Shown here: positions 44,151-45,420 of the stretch, one piece after another
Layout: every line of letters begins with the position of its first letter
Position numbering within the stretch: position 1 is the stretch's first letter
Notes under the pieces: model-generated
The model's input: the letters and a program-made list of their open reading frames with translations, nothing else
Told to the model about the DNA's origin: nothing
Database searches by the model: none
Translations under genes and position numbers: made by a program
Source of the DNA: an uncultured Mycoplasmatota bacterium
Lineage (GTDB): Bacteria > Bacillota_I > Bacilli_A > RF39 > UBA660
Assembly: GCA_947296775.1 (NCBI GenBank)
Contig: CAMYRF010000001.1
Location: 1 to 45,420, forward strand
Direction of reading: 5' to 3'
DNA length: 45,420 nt

Positions 44151-45110
44151 TTATTGAGGTAACTTCTGGACAAGATACCAATTATTTGGAAACCCTAGTG
44201 AAGACAATATATCATTACAACTAATTGTATTTAACCCTTTTTTTAGTACCCAAGCTCTTTTTCTTATTGTGTTATATATTTGTCCATATTGATTTTTAGA
44301 AAGAAAACACTGTAAAACCAAAAATACATTATACACATCTTGACGAGGAGAATTTTTATCAATATCATACTTACTATGTAATTCATCATTATATACTGTA
44401 TTTTGCCTGCACTTGAAACTTAAAACTCTATTATTATGGGCAACAATATTTCTCAACTCAACAATATTATTTAAATAAGATATTAACTGTTTAGGTTGTA
44501 ATAAGCATTTTTTTAATTCTAAATTTTCTATTAAAAATACACTAAAATCTTTTGCTATACGATTTTGAATAGACGGCTTTAGATATGTATAAAATTTAAC
44601 CACTTCACCAAAGCACATATAATTAATAACCACCCAAAATGGTACCTTTCCATAATTTATAAGATAATGTTTAATAGCATTGTTGTCGTTTTTTTTATTA
44701 TACCTATTTATAATATTGCTCATTTTAGATATAAGGCTAGTAACTTTTAACATATTATCTGAATTGTAATTTGTCGCAACCAAATAAGCATAATCATCTA
44801 ACTTATATTCTTCAGAAAATCTATAGGCTATAATAGATTTTAAATGCTTTTCAGCTTCAATTATTGCTTTAAATAATGCACTTTTTAATTCCTTATCAAA
44901 AAAATGAACATTAGTAATTTCATCAAAATTTGTACCTTTAATATATTCATCATCATGATCAATAAAAAATTTACCATAACAATTAATAACATTATAGTAA
45001 TTATTATTTAAAAGATATAACTTAGCTTTTTTAACATCAGTAAACTGTACTCCTCTATTTTGTAGTAATTCTAATTGCTCATCTATAGTTTTAAATGGTT
45101 TAGATTTCAT
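44151..45110 (-). CDS. Abi_2 (AbiD/AbiF-like) HEPN-domain abortive-infection protein
   Basis: N-terminus KPFKTIDEQLELLQNRG, followed by ELRNIVAHNN (R-x4-H HEPN motif). AAGGAG RBS. Confidence 0.75.
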   Translation of the reverse strand: MKSKPFKTIDEQLELLQNRGVQFTDVKKAKLYLLNNNYYNVINCYGKFFIDHDDEYIKGTNFDEITNVHFFDKELKSALFKAIIEAEKHLKSIIAYRFSEEYKLDDYAYLVATNYNSDNMLKVTSLISKMSNIINRYNKKNDNNAIKHYLINYGKVPFWVVINYMCFGEVVKFYTYLKPSIQNRIAKDFSVFLIENLELKKCLLQPKQLISYLNNIVELRNIVAHNNRVLSFKCRQNTVYNDELHSKYDIDKNSPRQDVYNVFLVLQCFLSKNQYGQIYNTIRKRAWVLKKGLNTISCNDILSSLGFPNNWYLVQKLPQ

Positions 45111-45131
45111 TTTATACTCCTTATTAAATTA

Positions 45132-45203
45132 AACAAAAACCTTCTCACAGAATGAGAAGGCTTTGCGCAAATAGGCTCCGTAGAGTATCTATCGCTACAT
45201 CGT
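45132..45203 (-). ncRNA. Roughly 70-nt sRNA unit, gene-proximal copy, ending in an intrinsic terminator
   Basis: Lies downstream of TTGACA-17-TAGAAT. Contains GUAG/CUAC and the palindrome TTTGCGCAAA. Ends with CCTTCTCA-TTCTG-TGAGAAGG-TTTTTGTT, 21 nt before the abi ATG. Confidence 0.6.
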
Positions 45204-45209
45204 ATAATC

Positions 45210-45238
45210 ATTCTATAATTATTTTTCTGTTTTGTCAA
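45210..45238 (-). promoter_or_regulatory. Near-consensus promoter of sRNA copy 1
   Basis: Minus strand TTGACA-17 nt-TAGAAT. Confidence 0.6.
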
Positions 45239-45248
45239 TAACATTAAT

Positions 45249-45320
45249 AACAAAAACCTTCTCACAGAATGAGAAGGCTTTGCGCAAATAGGCTCCGTAG
45301 AGTATCTATCGCTACATCGT
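45249..45320 (-). ncRNA. Second identical sRNA unit
   Basis: 100% identical to 45132-45203. Confidence 0.6.
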
Positions 45321-45326
45321 ATAATC

Positions 45327-45355
45327 ATTCTATAATTATTTTTCTGTTTTGTCAA
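45327..45355 (-). promoter_or_regulatory. Promoter of sRNA copy 2
   Basis: Identical TTGACA-17 nt-TAGAAT. Confidence 0.6.
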
Positions 45356-45420
45356 TAACATTAATAACAAAAACCTTCTCACAGAATGAGAAGGCTTTGC
45401 GCAAATAGGCTCCGTAGAGT

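Larger units (their letters stand above)
1..45420. mobile_element. Complete temperate siphovirus-like phage genome (probably a circularly closed contig)
   Basis: Full set of lysogeny, replication, packaging, head, tail and lysis modules. Positions 1-55 are identical to 45366-45420. Confidence 0.85.
45132..45420. repeat. 117-bp tandem repeat, about 2.5 copies in the window and continuing into 1-66
   Basis: Units start at 45132, 45249 and 45366. The copies are identical by direct comparison. Confidence 0.95.

Noticed and set aside
45107-45382. 91-aa minus-strand ORF with an internally repeated peptide (RRFLLLMLLTKQKNNYRMIIRCSDRYSTEPICAKPSHSV x2)
   Set aside because: It arises from translating across the 117-bp tandem units (117 = 39 codons). 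It has no RBS and runs through promoter and terminator elements. The non-coding RNA cassette interpretation fits better.
1-45420. Terminal direct repeats as attL/attR of an integrated prophage
   Set aside because: The overlap is exactly 55 nt and falls inside a tandem array, and a separate attP-like repeat region lies next to int. Circular-assembly overlap is more likely. I cannot fully exclude the alternative without flanking reads.
1-45420. Diversity-generating retroelement, retron, tRNA genes or cas genes
   Set aside because: There is no reverse-transcriptase-like ORF, no Cas-like ORF, and no convincing tRNA cloverleaf visible by eye. A tRNA scan would still be needed to exclude tRNAs.

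Overview
The window is a complete temperate siphovirus-type phage or prophage genome of about 45.4 kb. It is AT-rich and looks Clostridia-like. Nearly all genes are on the minus strand. The first 55 nt are identical to the last 55 nt, so the contig is probably circularly closed. Modules, by coordinate: tail fibre and lysis (0.3-4.3 kb), tail (4.3-15.7 kb, with a sequence-verified -1 frameshift in the tail chaperone), head and packaging (15.7-21.1 kb), a 6.3 kb accessory island that separates terL from terS (21.1-27.4 kb), terS (27.4-28.1 kb), an iteron/AT-rich origin (28.5-28.8 kb), replication and recombination genes (28.8-37.8 kb), antirepressors and the genetic switch (38-41 kb), and the lysogeny module (40.9-43.9 kb) with a CI-like repressor, an AgrA-like LytTR regulator, a tyrosine integrase and attP-like arm repeats. 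The most interesting locus is at 44151-45420, wrapping to 1-66. It holds an Abi_2/AbiF-like HEPN ORF (R-x4-H motif) directly preceded by identical 117-bp cassettes, each with a near-consensus promoter, a roughly 70-nt RNA and an intrinsic terminator. This looks like an RNA-antitoxin (type III-like) abortive-infection system. The accessory island carries a cas-less mini-CRISPR array (4 repeats, 3 spacers, clostridial I-B-like repeat), a PanA(DUF4065)-MazF-like pair, a serine recombinase, an RHH gene, a lipoprotein/membrane operon and a candidate type I-like toxin peptide. Other oddities are a 3D-domain gene interrupted by an in-frame TGA, an A11-frameshifted small gene, and an opposite-strand Cys-rich moron in the tail module. 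All family assignments come from motif recognition by eye; no searches were run.
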